The notes under the pieces: generated by a model
The model's database searches: none
What the model was told of the DNA's origin: nothing
Seen by the model: only the letters and a program-made list of their open reading frames with translations
Made by a program: the position numbers and the translations under genes
Shown here: positions 17,086-17,839 of the stretch, piece by piece
Numbering within the stretch: position 1 is the stretch's first letter
Layout: each line of letters starts with the position of its first letter
Assembly (NCBI GenBank): GCA_038523235.1
Contig: JBCBJQ010000118.1
Span: 1-17,839, forward strand
DNA: 17,839 nt
Source: Cyanobacteria bacterium J06626_4
Lineage (GTDB): Bacteria; Cyanobacteriota; Cyanobacteriia; Phormidesmidales; Phormidesmidaceae
Direction of reading: 5' to 3'

Positions 17086-17838
17086 TTAACGGCTGTTTGT
17101 CGCTCCTGGTTTCGCAGGTTGCTTGGATAACTCACGGGATTTCTCTTGAGTGCGCGCAATCGTTTGGGATTGGAGGGTGCTGATGATGCGATTAACATCC
17201 AATGTTGCAGACTCAGATAAAAGATTTTGAGGAATGGCGATTGGAGATGACAGCATCAAGTTGCCAGAGCGAGTCAAAGTCGCCCCTGAATTCTGGTGCC
17301 GAGCGGTATTGGGAGCTAGGCGACCACGGTCTTGTGAGGCAATATGGGGGGCTTTGGGTGCCACTGAACGGGGTTCTGGTGATTCGGCACCGCTGGGAGA
17401 GACCGTCGCCGCCCCTTCGGGAGGACTTTGCGGGGTAGCTTCCAGAGCGATGGGCTCGTCTTGAGTCGTCTCAGGTGTTCGCGGACCACGGTCTTGCGAG
17501 GTGCTATGAGGGACGCTCGGTGCGGCTGAACTGAACTCTGGTGACTCCGCAATATTCGGAGAGACCGTCGCCGTGATTGCCGGAGGTGTCGAAGATAAGA
17601 CCTGAGGTGCTGGCAAATTGTCACTGGGGGATACCTGATTTGCCGGGGGAGGGGCAGGCAACTTGGACAGTTGCTGTTGCCTGTAAGCCCCACTGGCAAC
17701 GCCTGGCTGATTGGAACGGTTAGTAAAACGAGGTGAGGATGAAAGGCGGTCATGCCTTCTACCCAGGGATGGCGATTGTGGTTGCGCTTGATTTGCCTGC
17801 ACAGTTGACGGCGATTCAGGGGTTATGCTGGGCGTTGC
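17086..17838 (-). CDS. Pro/Ser/Thr-rich low-complexity protein, 3' part (5' end probably outside the window)
   Basis: The frame stays open past the track's GTG at 17802 to the window edge (ATPSITPESPSTV...). It carries an in-frame internal duplication. No recognisable domain. Confidence 0.6.
   Translation of the reverse strand, partial: ATPSITPESPSTVQANQAQPQSPSLGRRHDRLSSSPRFTNRSNQPGVASGAYRQQQLSKLPAPPPANQVSPSDNLPAPQVLSSTPPAITATVSPNIAESPEFSSAAPSVPHSTSQDRGPRTPETTQDEPIALEATPQSPPEGAATVSPSGAESPEPRSVAPKAPHIASQDRGRLAPNTARHQNSGATLTRSGNLMLSSPIAIPQNLLSESATLDVNRIISTLQSQTIARTQEKSRELSKQPAKPGATNSR
17322..17573 (-). repeat. Intragenic 90-bp direct repeat, period 162 bp (54 aa)
   Basis: 17322-17411 and 17484-17573 both start gaccacggtcttg and end ggagagaccgtcgccg. 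They encode ATVSPSGAESPEPRSVAPKAPHIASQDRG and ATVSPNIAESPEFSSAAPSVPHSTSQDRG. Confidence 0.85.
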
Positions 17839-17839
17839 C

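Noticed and set aside
1..17839. CRISPR array, cas genes, transposase or anti-phage defence genes
   Set aside because: No regularly spaced repeat-spacer array and no nuclease, reverse transcriptase or transposase motifs seen.

Overview
Cyanobacterial chromosomal DNA: at least 19 copies of the HIP1 octamer GCGATCGC by manual count, plus psb29/thf1, a phycobiliprotein-like gene and a cyanobacteriochrome. A filamentous Leptolyngbya-like host is my guess only. Left to right: a PEP-CTERM surface protein (-); a prolyl oligopeptidase (-) bracketed by two diverged direct copies of a ~90-100 bp MITE-like element; a CocE/NonD hydrolase (-); a SpoIIE/RsbU-type PP2C phosphatase whose receiver domain has lost all phosphorylation residues (+); a 56-aa two-helix membrane protein with its own terminator (-); an orphan phycobiliprotein-like globin-fold protein flanked by structured non-coding DNA (+); a 5xPAS + DXCF-cyanobacteriochrome GAF + histidine kinase (+); a universal stress protein (-); a hypothetical protein (-); psb29 (-); tRNA-Val(CAC) (+); and the 3' part of a Pro/Ser-rich gene with an internal duplication (-). 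Most of the window is ordinary. The best candidate for an undescribed system is 6785-13606: two predicted bilin-binding proteins in tandem, a structured leader, a pseudo-receiver phosphatase and a microprotein. Their functional linkage is inferred from adjacency only.
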